Part shown: piece by piece, positions 1-11,599 of the stretch
Position numbering within the stretch: the stretch's first letter is position 1
Layout: every line of letters starts with the position of its first letter
Source: Candidatus Krumholzibacteriota bacterium
GTDB lineage: Bacteria > Krumholzibacteriota > Krumholzibacteriia > JAJRXK01
NCBI GenBank assembly: GCA_963764625.1
Contig: CAVXTH010000009.1
Coordinates: 800,001-864,000 of the forward strand
Direction: 5' to 3'
DNA: 64,000 nt
Notes under the pieces: generated by a model
What the model saw: only the letters and a program-made list of their open reading frames with translations
What the model was told of the DNA's origin: nothing
Databases searched by the model: none
Translations under genes and position numbers: made by a program

Positions 1-225
1 ATTCCGGGGCCTCATCCGGTAGTGCCGCTGCTGGTGCGCGATACCGAAAAGACGCGTCGCTGGGTCTCGGCGCTCTTTGCCAAGGGCGTCCTAGTGGTGG
101 GTTTGACCTTCCCGGTGGTGCCGCGAGGGGACGAGACGATTCGCGTACAGATCAACGCGGCGCACACCGAGGCGGACATCGATGAAGTTCTGAGCTGCCT
201 GAAGGAGACCATGCCCAAGGACTGA
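1..225 (+). CDS. PLP-dependent alpha-oxoamine synthase family (Kbl/BioF-like), C-terminal fragment truncated by window edge
   Basis: Frame 1 is open from base 1: IPGPHPVVPLLVRD...GVLVVGLTFPVVPRGDETIRVQINAAHT, the typical class II aminotransferase C-terminus. Confidence 0.8.
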   Translation: MPGPHPVVPLLVRDTEKTRRWVSALFAKGVLVVGLTFPVVPRGDETIRVQINAAHTEADIDEVLSCLKETMPKD

Positions 226-339
226 GGACGAATCGCAACTGGCGAGCAAGTCATAAGGCGTCATCTTCTCAGGAGTGGAACAAGGAAAGTGGCGCCCCGG
301 AATCGACGGCAGGTCGAGCCGGTCGAAAAAGAGAATTCA

Positions 340-359
340 GCGAAGGAGCACTCCTTCGC
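340..359 (+). promoter_or_regulatory. Perfect inverted repeat just upstream of the fba RBS
   Basis: GCGAAGGAG-CA-CTCCTTCGC, followed by the RBS-like AGAGAGGA and ATG 378; no U-tract. Confidence 0.4.
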
Positions 360-377
360 ACAGAGAGAGGATGAAGT

Positions 378-1418
378 ATGGCACTGGTACCCATGCGTGT
401 ACTGCTCGATCACGCGGCCGAAAATGGTTACGGAGTCGGCGCGTTCAACGTGAACAACATGGAACAGATTCAGGCCATCATGGAGGCGGCGCGGGAGACG
501 AATTCGCCGGTGATCGTGCAGGCAAGCCGCGGTGCGCGCGCCTACTCGGACGATGCCTATCTGCGCCATCTCATGCTCGCTGCGGTCGAACTCAATCCCA
601 AATTGCCCGTCGCCATGCACCAGGACCACGGCAACTCGCCGCAAACCTGTTTCTCCGCCATCGAAATGGGATTCACCTCGGTGATGATGGACGGCTCTCT
701 CAACGCGGACGGCAAGACGCCTTCCACCTACGAGTACAACGTCGAGGTCACCCAGAAAGTGGTGCAGGCGGCCCACGCGAAGGGCGTCACGGTAGAGGCC
801 GAGTTGGGAACCCTCGGGGGCATCGAAGACGGCCACGGCGCGGGCCTCACCGCGGAGCAGGCCCTGACCCATCTGACCGATCCGGCGCAGGCCGAGGAGT
901 TCGTGGAGCAGACGGGTTGCGATGCGCTGGCCGTCGCCATCGGCACCAGCCACGGGGCCTACAAGTTCACGAAGAAGCCCACCGGGGAAGTGCTCAAAAT
1001 GGACATCATCGCGGAGATTCACCGCCGCCTGCCCAACACACACATGGTCATGCACGGCAGCTCGTCGGTGCCCAAGGAACTGGTCGACATCGTCAACCAG
1101 TACGGCGGACAGATCCGCGAGACCTACGGTGTGCCGGTTGAGGAGATCCAGGAGGGAATCCGTCACGGCGTGCGCAAGATCAACGTCGACACCGACAGTC
1201 GCTTGGCGATCACCGGCGCCATCCGCAGAGTCTTTGCCACAGACGGCAGCAAGTTCGATCCGCGCGACTACCTGAAGCCGGCGCGAGACGCCATGAAAGA
1301 GGTCGTCAAAGCGCGCATGATCGCCTTTGGACAGGCGGGGAACGCGGACAAGGTTCCCGCGCTCACGCTTCAGGACATGAAGCGGCGCTACCACGACATG
1401 GGAAGCAAAGTCTCCTGA
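378..1418 (+). CDS. fba: Class II fructose-1,6-bisphosphate aldolase
   Basis: Motifs AFNVNN, HQDHG, SVMMDGS, VEAELG, AIGTSHG, VMHGSS, KINVDTD; 346 aa. Confidence 0.96.
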   Translation: MALVPMRVLLDHAAENGYGVGAFNVNNMEQIQAIMEAARETNSPVIVQASRGARAYSDDAYLRHLMLAAVELNPKLPVAMHQDHGNSPQTCFSAIEMGFTSVMMDGSLNADGKTPSTYEYNVEVTQKVVQAAHAKGVTVEAELGTLGGIEDGHGAGLTAEQALTHLTDPAQAEEFVEQTGCDALAVAIGTSHGAYKFTKKPTGEVLKMDIIAEIHRRLPNTHMVMHGSSSVPKELVDIVNQYGGQIRETYGVPVEEIQEGIRHGVRKINVDTDSRLAITGAIRRVFATDGSKFDPRDYLKPARDAMKEVVKARMIAFGQAGNADKVPALTLQDMKRRYHDMGSKVS

Positions 1419-1433
1419 AAACGCGAGGGAGCG

Positions 1434-2980
1434 TCAGTTCTTGGGAAGCGTGGTAGCGTCTTCCCACTTCTCACCTTTACGCAGCCGGTCGAGATTTTGC
1501 AGCATCTGCCGGCTGTAGCGATGGTGGGGATCGAGTTTCAGGGCCTTCTCGAACCACTCCTGCGCTTCGTCGTAATTGCCGCGCATGATGGCAATGGTGC
1601 CGAAGTTCGCCCGCACCTCCGCACTGGCCGGTCTCAGTTCCAGCATTTTCCGCAGAACCGCTTCCGCGTCGTCCAGATCGCGCTGCTTCGTGTAGACGAT
1701 GATCAGCCTCTCGTAGGCCGGAATGCTGTAGGGCTTCAATTCAGTCGCGCTCTTGAAGTGGGCCACCGCGCCCGCGGCGTCGCGCTTGGCCAAAGCGGTG
1801 CCTTGGTCGATGAGCGCCCAGTAGTGCATGTCCAAGCTGTCCTTGGCCCGGCTCCACTGGTAGTGCCACACCGTGAGCGCGAGTGGCACCAGCAGATAGG
1901 CCCACTTGAGCCAGGGCCACTGCTCGAAACGCTCTCTACCCTTCAGCGCGAAGTAGAACAGGGGAATCGCGAGCGGCACCACGAAGAAGACGCCCCCGAA
2001 AATCGCGGCCGCACCGGCCACGACGAGCACCGAGAGAGCGGGGAGAAACGAGAGGGTGAGCAGAAGGTAGAAGAGCAGCGGCACCTTCGCGATCAGAAGG
2101 CCGCTCGAGTGATGCAGCCAGAGATCGCAGTAGAGCAGCACCGCGACTACCACCCCAAGGCCCAGGTGGGGAATGGACCGGACCAGACCGCCTGGCTGTT
2201 TCGCGGTAAGTTTCTCGGCGCCCTTTTTCGCTGCTCTCTCATCCGCGGGGGAACCCTCCCGTATCCACGGCCGCTCCAGGCTCAGCCGGCTCGTAAACGG
2301 CAGCACCATGACCGCCAGAAGCATCAGCCAGTGGTAGATCCCGTAGGGGGTGATGGGGAGCAGATGACCCACCCGATCGTTGCTGAGGTGGGTGAGCAGT
2401 GCAGGGGAAAGATCAAGAGGGTTAGAATGGGCCATGTCCGCCCGGGCTTAGCGCAGTAGCGGATCAACAGATAGGGCATCCAGAAATCGAAGCCGACCGA
2501 GAACCAAGCCCACAGACCGGTGGTGGGAACGTCGCGCAGAATGGAACTCTTGGTTGAAAGCGTCCACTGCCACCAGCCCATGGTGATGGCGGTCGATTCC
2601 ACCGCGTAGGCCAGGCAGAGGTGGAAGAGACAAGCCAACGAGAGCAAGGGAAAGACGCGTCCCCTTAGGGGGGGAATGCGCTCCAGGATGCGGGAGGCCA
2701 GGTACATTCCCAGATAGAGACAGAGGATCCAGCCCGCGTCGGCGGTGAACGAGTCGTGGTAGATCCCCACCACCTGCTTGGCGAAGATGTACGGGAACTT
2801 GCCCCCAAAATGGACGGTGGTGATCCACCAGATGAGGTTGCCGCGCACCACCCCGAAGATCAGGGCGGCCAGAAAGAACTCGAGGGTGTCCCGCTTGCCC
2901 CTCGTGCGCAGCGAATGAAAGATCAACCCGAGAACGACCAGAGTCGCCGGGATGATGAGGATGGCCATCTGGCGCGTCAT
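1434..2980 (-). CDS. Polytopic membrane protein (CruF/DUF422-like N-terminus) with C-terminal TPRs; frameshifted near 2399
   Basis: ORF 2324..2980 (TM helices, GWWQW, DVP) continues in ORF 1434..2435 if one base is restored at FPLH|LTHLSN; C-terminal TPR pattern (FKSATELKP, LRKMLELRP, FEKALKLDP). Confidence 0.6.
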
Positions 2981-3005
2981 GGTCTCAGCCCGCGATCCTC
3001 CTGCG

Positions 3006-4512
<1,507 letters not shown>

Positions 4513-4680
4513 ACGGCTGGGCTCCTGGGAGAGGAGAAGGTGAGAGGAGGCGTGATGGGCCTCCGCGCAAGAACTCCCGGCCCAAGGGCGAGGCGCGGGC
4601 ACGGAGTCGTGCGAGTGTATTCCAGGCACCTGCGGGGTGCAAGGGAGGGCTGATTCTCCCCATCCGTGCGATTCTCCCGT

Positions 4681-5553
4681 ATGCTGGACTCACCATGGCT
4701 ACCGTTTCGCCTCTCTGATCTCGTCCGCTTCGGCTGCTCGTCCTTTTCCAGCAAGGACTGGGTAGGCCCGTTCTATCCGCCCAAGACAGCTCCAGGCGAG
4801 TTTCTCTCTCTGTACTCCCGGCATTTCGACACCGTCGAGGTCGATGCGAGCTACTATGCGGTGCCCAGCCCACGCATGGTGGAGAGTTGGGACGAAAAGA
4901 CGCCCGAGGGTTTCCTTCTGTGCGCCAAGTTTCCCCGCAGCATCGTGCACGCGGGCAAGGGAGCCCAACCCGATGCTGCGCGGATTCTCGACCCCGATAC
5001 TGTCTACCGCGACCGCGACGTGTTCCTGTCGAACATGGCGCGCCTGGGAAACAAGCTGGGTCCTCTGCTCTTGCAGTTTCCCTACTTCAATCGGCAGACC
5101 TTTTCGCGGCGCGGGGACTTCTTCGAGCGCCTCGATCGCTTCCTGGCCGATCTGCCGCGCGAGTTCCGCTACGCGGTGGAGATCCGTAACAAGGCCTGGT
5201 TGGTTCCGGATTTCATCTCCCTCCTGCGTGAACGGGATGTGAGTCTGACCATAGTCGATCAGGCCTGGATGCCCCACGGCGACGAGCTCGAGGGGAAGTT
5301 GGACTTCGTCACCGCGCCTGTGGTCTATCTGCGCTTGCTCGGCGACCGCAAGCGGATCGAGGCCATCACCAAGACCTGGGACAAGGAAGTGATCGACCAA
5401 AACGAACGCCTGGATCGCTGGGTCACCTTTCTGGTGCGCCGGGTGAAGGACGGTGTGCCGGTGTTGGTCTTCGTGAATAACCACTACGCCGGCCACGCGC
5501 CGGCCACCGCCACACGCCTGCGGGAGATGTTCCAAGCCCAGTTAGGCTCGTAG
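4681..5553 (+). CDS. DUF72 family protein (start uncertain)
   Basis: [53 protein letters not shown]. Confidence 0.9.
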   Translation: MLDSPWLPFRLSDLVRFGCSSFSSKDWVGPFYPPKTAPGEFLSLYSRHFDTVEVDASYYAVPSPRMVESWDEKTPEGFLLCAKFPRSIVHAGKGAQPDAARILDPDTVYRDRDVFLSNMARLGNKLGPLLLQFPYFNRQTFSRRGDFFERLDRFLADLPREFRYAVEIRNKAWLVPDFISLLRERDVSLTIVDQAWMPHGDELEGKLDFVTAPVVYLRLLGDRKRIEAITKTWDKEVIDQNERLDRWVTFLVRRVKDGVPVLVFVNNHYAGHAPATATRLREMFQAQLGS

Positions 5554-5558
5554 CGCAG

Positions 5559-6440
5559 CTAGTTCTGGGGCGGAGGCAGCTTCTCCAGGGCGATCAACGC
5601 CGCACGCAGAGCCGCTTGCTCCTTCGAATCGGAACTCTCCTTCAGGCCTTCACTCCACGCGGCGCGCAGCGAATCTCTCTGGATGAGACTGAGAGGCGGG
5701 TTGGCGCCCAAGTTCTTCAGGGCCGCGAGTGAATCGGGTTCCTGTACGGCGCGCACCGCCCCCACGGCAGAGCCCTTTAGAGCGGATGGCTCCTTAGGGG
5801 ATTCTTGGTTCGGGTGGCTGAGTTCCCTCAAGAAGGGCTCCGCCTTGGCCGCCGCCTCCTGAGGGGCGGCCGCTTGATCGGCGCGCAGGGTCTTTGAGGG
5901 CAGCTCGAGCGCGTCCGTCGCCTGCGTCTTCTTTTCGGCCGTTTCCTCCGAGCGGCGCTCGGCGGGTGCCATCAGGTCCTTGTCGAGGCTCCTGCCCGCC
6001 GGCGACGGCACGGGCATCTGCGGCGACCGCAGCAGGAAGAACGCCAGCACCGCCAGGGCCACCACCCCGGCCAGCGAGGGGAAACCCCAGTCCGAGAAGA
6101 ACTCTCGCCAACGGTGAGACGGCGACTTCGCGCCGCGTGCACCGCCGGGTGCCGGCGCGGCGCCCCGCCCGGGGAGGGGCTCGGCGCTTTCTTCCTCGAC
6201 CCGCTCCATGACCGACGCCACCAGCTGCTCCAGGCGTTCGGTAACCAAAGGGGCCACGGCGGGAGACTCTCGGGCCAGCTGCTCGCTCAAGCGCAGGGTG
6301 GACGCGAACTCTCGGCAGCTTGGACAACCACGCAGATGGGTCTGCAGCTCATCCAGCTCGGACGCGCTTAGCGCGCGATCGAGTCGCTCGGAGAGAAGCA
6401 TCTGAAAACGGTGACAGAGCGATTGGTTCTGGTCAGTCAT
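5559..6440 (-). CDS. Zinc-binding (zf-HC2/ZAS) membrane anti-sigma factor
   Basis: N-terminal C...HLRGCPSC (HxxxCxxC), one TM helix (LAGVVALAVLAFFLL); overlaps the ECF sigma stop. Confidence 0.85.
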   Translation of the reverse strand: MTDQNQSLCHRFQMLLSERLDRALSASELDELQTHLRGCPSCREFASTLRLSEQLARESPAVAPLVTERLEQLVASVMERVEEESAEPLPGRGAAPAPGGARGAKSPSHRWREFFSDWGFPSLAGVVALAVLAFFLLRSPQMPVPSPAGRSLDKDLMAPAERRSEETAEKKTQATDALELPSKTLRADQAAAPQEAAAKAEPFLRELSHPNQESPKEPSALKGSAVGAVRAVQEPDSLAALKNLGANPPLSLIQRDSLRAAWSEGLKESSDSKEQAALRAALIALEKLPPPQN

Positions 6441-7086
6441 CGTCTTCCTCCTCGCCAAATTCGATGGCGCTCGGCTCGAGCCGGGTCCGCAGAGCACGTG
6501 CCAGAGAGTGGCGCGCTCGCGAGAGGCGAGACATCACGGTCCCCATGGGAACCTGAAGCGTCTCGGCGATCTCCGCGTAGCTCAGTTCCTCCTGCACCCG
6601 CAGGCGGAACACCGCTTCCCACTCCGGAGGCAGTTTGGTCAATTCATCCTCCACCATCTCGACCAGCTCGCGCCGTTGCAGGCGCTCCTCGCTGCTCTGC
6701 GGCGCGGGCATCCGCGACAAGATCTCCTGCGCATCGTCCACCACTGGCTGTCGCCGTCTCCGCTGGATTTCATTGAGCGCCGTGTTCACTCCGATCGTCC
6801 TCAGCCAGGGAAAGAAGGGGCGAGACGCATCAAATTTCGACAGCGCCTTCCACGCTTTCACGAAGCTTTCCTGCACCGCGTCCTCCGCCGCGTGTTCGTC
6901 GCGCAGTAGCCGCGCCAAGAGCGCGAACAAGGGCGGTCCGTGCCTGCGCACCAACGAGGCAAAGGCCGAGGAGTCTCCCTGAGAAATCGCGCGCAGGGCC
7001 TCGCGGTCGAAGTCCGGCGCCGCGCTCTCGTCCAGATCCGGGCGAGGCTGCGACTCGGTAGGGGGACGCTCTCTTGCTTCTGCCAT
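6433..7086 (-). CDS. ECF (sigma-70 group 4) RNA polymerase sigma factor
   Basis: AEDAVQESFVKAW, FFPWLRTIGVN, LSYAEIAETLQVPMGTVMSRLSRAR. Confidence 0.93.
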   Translation of the reverse strand: MAEARERPPTESQPRPDLDESAAPDFDREALRAISQGDSSAFASLVRRHGPPLFALLARLLRDEHAAEDAVQESFVKAWKALSKFDASRPFFPWLRTIGVNTALNEIQRRRRQPVVDDAQEILSRMPAPQSSEERLQRRELVEMVEDELTKLPPEWEAVFRLRVQEELSYAEIAETLQVPMGTVMSRLSRARHSLARALRTRLEPSAIEFGEEEDDD

Positions 7087-7097
7087 TCTCTATTCTC

Positions 7098-7124
7098 TTA
7101 CCAGCGGGGTGGGGCGTGTATTCC
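7098..7124 (-). promoter_or_regulatory. Putative ECF-type autoregulatory promoter
   Basis: Minus strand GGAAT-N18-GTAA ending about 12 nt before the sigma start codon. Confidence 0.4.
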
Positions 7125-7299
7125 CGTCGTGCTCAGAATACCCCAGAGCCCCGATTGGACCGAGAAACAATCGCACGCCGCTGCCGGTACCCCCGCCGGC
7201 GATGAGGCCAAGGAACTTGGGCCCGCCACTCTGCCCGCTTGCCAAGCGCGCCTTTCAGGGGCTAGCCTGCAGGGCGATGCCCCCGAAGGATGGTTCGTC

Positions 7300-8958
7300 T
7301 TGCCGGTCTTGGTTGGAATCCTCTGCATGCTCGGCTATTTCGTCGGTTATCGCTTCTACTCCGGCTATCTGGCCCGACGCGTCTTTCGTCTCGACGATGC
7401 TCGGGTCACTCCCGCCCACACGATGCAGGATGGCATGGACTACGTGCCCACTCGGCGCGAGGTCCTCTTCGGGCATCACTACGCTTCCATCGCTGGCTTG
7501 AGCCCGATGCTGGGGCCCGCCATCGCGGTGATCTGGGGCTGGTTGCCCGCGCTGCTGTGGGTGGTTCTGGGGACCCTGCTCATCGGAGCGGTACACGACT
7601 TCAGCGCGCTCGTGGTGAGCATGCGCGCAAAGGGCATGAGCATCGGCAAGGTGGCCGAGGATATCATCGGACCGCGCGCGAAATCCCTCTTCCACGCGAT
7701 CATCTTCTTTCTCATCGCGCTGGGGATGGGCGTCTTCGTGCACGTCGTCGCTCTGCTCTTCACATCCATCTTCCACCCCGAAGCGGTCATTCCCACTTTC
7801 GGACTCATGCTGGTCGCCGTCTTCGTGGGGCTCGCGGCCTACAAGGCCAACGCTCCTTTGGGACGCCTTAGCGCCCTCGCGTTCCTTTCCACCCTGCTCT
7901 TGATCTGGGCCGGGCTCAAGATCCCTCCGCCCGATCTCTCTCTCGGCACCTGGAAGTGGCTTCTTCTGGGCTACGCCTTCCTGGCCTCGGTTCTGCCGGT
8001 GTGGCTTCTCTTGCAACCGCGAGACTACGTGAACTCGATGTTGCTCTATCTGGGGCTCTTGCTGGCATACCTCGGATTCTTCGCCCTGCGACCGTCGTTC
8101 CAGGCGCCGGCGGTGGTGGCTTCGCCCCAGGGAGCGCCTCCCATCTTTCCCTTCGTGTTCATCGTGATCGCGTGTGGAGCGGTGAGTGGATTCCACGGTT
8201 TGGTCAGCAGCGGCACCACCGCCAAGCAGATCAACCGCGAGAGCGACGCACGTCCCATCGGCTACGGCGCCATGATTGGCGAATCTCTGCTCGGGCTCCT
8301 GGCGGTTCTTGCCTGCACCGCGGGTTTCAGCAATCGGCTTGCGTGGAGCACCCACTATTCCGACTGGAACTCCGCCATGGATCTGGGCGATCGCATCGAC
8401 TCCTTCATCAATGGAACCGCGCACTTTCTCTCCTCGCTGGGAGTGCCTCAGCCCGTGGGATCGGCCTTCATCGCGCTGGTAGTCGTGAGTTTTGCCCTCA
8501 CCAGCCTCGATTCTGCCACGCGGCTCTTGCGCTATAACTTGAGCGAGGTGGGGGAGACGATTCGCTTCAAGCCACTGCGCAATCGCTACGTGGCGGGGGC
8601 TCTGGCCTGCGGCGCCATCGGCTTCTTCGCGTTCTACCAAATCGGAGCTAAGGCGGCCGGCTTGGCGCTGTGGCAACTCTTCGGCACCACAAACCAGGTG
8701 TTGGGGGGGCTGACCCTCTTGGCGGTCACCCTGTATCTGCAGCAGCGCGGCCGGAACTACTGGGTGACACTTCTGCCCATGATCTTCCTGCTCACCGTCA
8801 CCCTCTACGCCATGATCCTCAAGGCGCGCGATTTCTGGCGGGTGCGCAACTGGCCGCTGTTCATTGTGGGTCTCTTGCTCTTGGTGCTCGCGTTGTGGCT
8901 GGTGGTCGAGGCCATCCTGCGGCTACAAAAACCCACCGCCAGGGTGGAGGAGGTCTGA
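7300..8958 (+). CDS. cstA: Carbon starvation protein A family transporter
   Basis: TPAHTMQDGMDYVP, LFGHHYASIAG, GAVHD, LPVWLLLQPRDY, IACGAVSGFHG, LWQLFGTTNQ; TTG start after GAAGGA (start inferred). Confidence 0.92.
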   Translation: MPVLVGILCMLGYFVGYRFYSGYLARRVFRLDDARVTPAHTMQDGMDYVPTRREVLFGHHYASIAGLSPMLGPAIAVIWGWLPALLWVVLGTLLIGAVHDFSALVVSMRAKGMSIGKVAEDIIGPRAKSLFHAIIFFLIALGMGVFVHVVALLFTSIFHPEAVIPTFGLMLVAVFVGLAAYKANAPLGRLSALAFLSTLLLIWAGLKIPPPDLSLGTWKWLLLGYAFLASVLPVWLLLQPRDYVNSMLLYLGLLLAYLGFFALRPSFQAPAVVASPQGAPPIFPFVFIVIACGAVSGFHGLVSSGTTAKQINRESDARPIGYGAMIGESLLGLLAVLACTAGFSNRLAWSTHYSDWNSAMDLGDRIDSFINGTAHFLSSLGVPQPVGSAFIALVVVSFALTSLDSATRLLRYNLSEVGETIRFKPLRNRYVAGALACGAIGFFAFYQIGAKAAGLALWQLFGTTNQVLGGLTLLAVTLYLQQRGRNYWVTLLPMIFLLTVTLYAMILKARDFWRVRNWPLFIVGLLLLVLALWLVVEAILRLQKPTARVEEV

Positions 8959-8960
8959 GC

Positions 8961-10391
8961 TTGGCTCTCGATTCCAAACAGAAGCGCCAGCTCGCGGCCA
9001 TCGTTGGCAAGGACGGAGTGCTGGACGATCCCACCCATCGCCGCGTCTACGACGGGGACGCCTACACCCTCGACCGTTTCACGCCCGACGCGATCGTGTT
9101 GCCGCGGACAAAAGAGCAAGTCGCCAAGATCGTGCGCTGGTGCAACGAGAACCGAATTCCCTTCGCGCCGCGCGGTGCGGGTACCGGACTCTCGGGGGGT
9201 TGTCTGACGATTCAGGGCGGATTGCAGATCGGTTTGGCTCGCATGAGCAGCGTTCTGGAAGTCGACCCCTTGCAGCGCTTGGCGCGGGTGCAGCCTGGCG
9301 TGGTGAATCTCGAATTGGGCAAACTGGTCGCGGCGCACGGACTCACTTTCGCGCCCGATCCCTCTTCGCAGGCCGCGTGTACTCTGGGCGGAAACTTCGC
9401 CGGGAACAGCGGTGGTCCGCACTGTCTGAAGTACGGCGTTACTCTGCCGCATGTGCTCGGCGCCACTGTCGTCACCCCTGAAGGTGAATTCCTGAAAGTG
9501 GGTGGAACGCACGACCCCGGCCCCGGGGTGGATCTTCTGGGCTTGTTGGTGGGCTCGGAGGGAACGGCGGGTCTGGCGGTGGAGCTGACGGTGCGCCTCA
9601 CTCCGCTGGCTCCGGCGGTTCGCACCCTTCTCGCCGTCTTCTCTACCATCGCCGATGCGGCCCGCAGTGTGAGCCGCATCGTCGCGCGGGGCATCGTGCC
9701 GGCCGCGATGGAGCTCATCGACGCGGTGATGATCCGCGCGCTCGAAGCGGCCTTTCATCTGGGCTTTCCGCAGGGCGCGGGCGCGGTCCTCTTGATCGAG
9801 ATCGACGGTCCGGCGGAGGACTTGCCCGAGCAAGAGGAGACCATCGGAGAGATCTGCCGCCAGTGCGCGTGTCAGGAGTTGAATGTCGCGCGCGACGAAA
9901 GCGAGCGGGCCCTGTTGTGGAGAGCGCGTAAGAACGCGTTCGGGGCGGTGGGACGGATCTCGCCCAACTACGCTACCCAAGACGGAGTCGTGCCGCGCGC
10001 GATGGTTCCTTCGATCTGCGAGTTCATCGCCGACACGGCTCGGCGCCACGAGCTCACGGTGGGCGTGGTGCTTCACGCCGGCGACGGAAACATCCACCCC
10101 GCGATTCTCTACGACCGGCGTGATCCCGACTCGGTGGAGAGAGCCCTGATGGCGGGGGGAGAGATTCTGAAGGCTTGCATCGACATGGGGGGAAGTCCCA
10201 CCGGTGAGCATGGAGTGGGCCTGGAGAAAAGAGAATTCCTACCTCTGATCTTCTCCGAGGATGAGATGGACGCCCAACGGCAGATTCGCGATGCGCTCGA
10301 CCAGACGGGGCTCTGCAATCCGCTCAAGGTCTTGCCCACTGGGGCCGGCTGCGTGGAGCTGCGCGTGGCCGGTAGGCAGGTGGCCCTGTGA
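8961..10391 (+). CDS. glcD: FAD-linked glycolate/D-2-hydroxyacid oxidase subunit
   Basis: RGAGTGLSGG, APDPSSQ, GGPHCLKYG, GSEGT, HAGDGNIHP, TGEHGVG. Confidence 0.9.
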   Translation: MALDSKQKRQLAAIVGKDGVLDDPTHRRVYDGDAYTLDRFTPDAIVLPRTKEQVAKIVRWCNENRIPFAPRGAGTGLSGGCLTIQGGLQIGLARMSSVLEVDPLQRLARVQPGVVNLELGKLVAAHGLTFAPDPSSQAACTLGGNFAGNSGGPHCLKYGVTLPHVLGATVVTPEGEFLKVGGTHDPGPGVDLLGLLVGSEGTAGLAVELTVRLTPLAPAVRTLLAVFSTIADAARSVSRIVARGIVPAAMELIDAVMIRALEAAFHLGFPQGAGAVLLIEIDGPAEDLPEQEETIGEICRQCACQELNVARDESERALLWRARKNAFGAVGRISPNYATQDGVVPRAMVPSICEFIADTARRHELTVGVVLHAGDGNIHPAILYDRRDPDSVERALMAGGEILKACIDMGGSPTGEHGVGLEKREFLPLIFSEDEMDAQRQIRDALDQTGLCNPLKVLPTGAGCVELRVAGRQVAL

Positions 10392-11599
10392 ACGTACGCG
10401 TATTGCGCGAAAAGTTCGCGTTCCGACTCAAGGCCGCGCTCGGCGACGGAGCCGTCGACATCACCACCTCCAGAATCAGTCCCTCCCACCGCGAAGGGTT
10501 TCGGCTGGCCGCGCAGATGCTTCACGAGGAAAAGGTCCCCTGGCAACCGACCGGATTCGGTAAGGCGGAGATGGGTTGGGTTGCGCTCTCGACCCAGAAC
10601 TTTCATGGCCTGATCGATTTCTGGCGAGACGATCTCGTGGCTCGTGTCGCTGCCGGCAGCTCGCTCGCGTCCATCCAGACCTCCTTGCAAGAAGAAGGCG
10701 TGCGTCTTCCGGCCACCGCGATGCGGCCGGAATCGACCAGCGTCGGCGCGCTCTTCTGCGGCGGGAGCCGCGGTTGGCGCAGTGGTCCCAATCAGGGATT
10801 GAGGGAATCGACACTGGGACTGTGCGCGGTGGACGGAAGTGGTCGCGTGTTGAAGGGGGGAGGTCGCGTGGTGAAGAACGTTGCCGGCTACGACCTCGTT
10901 CGGCTGCACCACGGAGCGCGCGGCGCCTTCGGATTGGTCACCGATCTCGTGGTGAAGTTGCAGCCCTTGCCCGTCTCCGCGGCGGCGTTTGCCATTCCCG
11001 CCAACTTGGAGGAAGCGACGCGCGTGCTCGGTGAAGCCCGGCTTCCCCGGGCAGTGCTCGAACCCACTACCCAACTCTGGCTCGATCTCTCCGAGGGGCA
11101 TCCCGGTGGGCTCTTGGCGAACGGAGTACTCGTGCTGGCGGCCGAAGGCGGCGCGGAGAGCATACGCAATTGGGGCGCGAGTCTTCCCGAGGCCGCTCTC
11201 GGCTTGGATCTCGATGCCGCCATGGCTTCCTTCGAGAACGATGGCCAGTGGCACGGCACGCTTCTCTCTCCCTTCAAGACGGTCGAGGTGGCCTGGCCCG
11301 ATTTCGCGGCGCGCTGGCGGCAGCGGGGATTGGGGGTGGCCTTGATTCTAGATTTTCTGAGCGGACGCGCCGAGGTGTTCCTGACCGGCGACGATTTCCG
11401 GCTTCTGGGAGCGGCGACCGAACTCGTGCGCGAGAGTACGGCTCACGGTGCGGTCCTGCATACCTTCTCCAAGAAACGCATCGTGGGTCCGGCCGAGGTC
11501 CCCGCGGTTCGAGCTTCTCTCGAGCGTCGACTCAAGGAAGCCTTCGATCCCGAAGGTCTTCTGCCCTTGCCGCCGGTGGAACTGGGAGGGTCCAAGTGA
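10388..11599 (+). CDS. glcE: Glycolate oxidase FAD-binding subunit
   Basis: GGRVVKNVAGYDL motif and LKEAFDP C-terminus; GTGA overlaps with glcD and glcF. Confidence 0.85.
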   Translation: MNVRVLREKFAFRLKAALGDGAVDITTSRISPSHREGFRLAAQMLHEEKVPWQPTGFGKAEMGWVALSTQNFHGLIDFWRDDLVARVAAGSSLASIQTSLQEEGVRLPATAMRPESTSVGALFCGGSRGWRSGPNQGLRESTLGLCAVDGSGRVLKGGGRVVKNVAGYDLVRLHHGARGAFGLVTDLVVKLQPLPVSAAAFAIPANLEEATRVLGEARLPRAVLEPTTQLWLDLSEGHPGGLLANGVLVLAAEGGAESIRNWGASLPEAALGLDLDAAMASFENDGQWHGTLLSPFKTVEVAWPDFAARWRQRGLGVALILDFLSGRAEVFLTGDDFRLLGAATELVRESTAHGAVLHTFSKKRIVGPAEVPAVRASLERRLKEAFDPEGLLPLPPVELGGSK

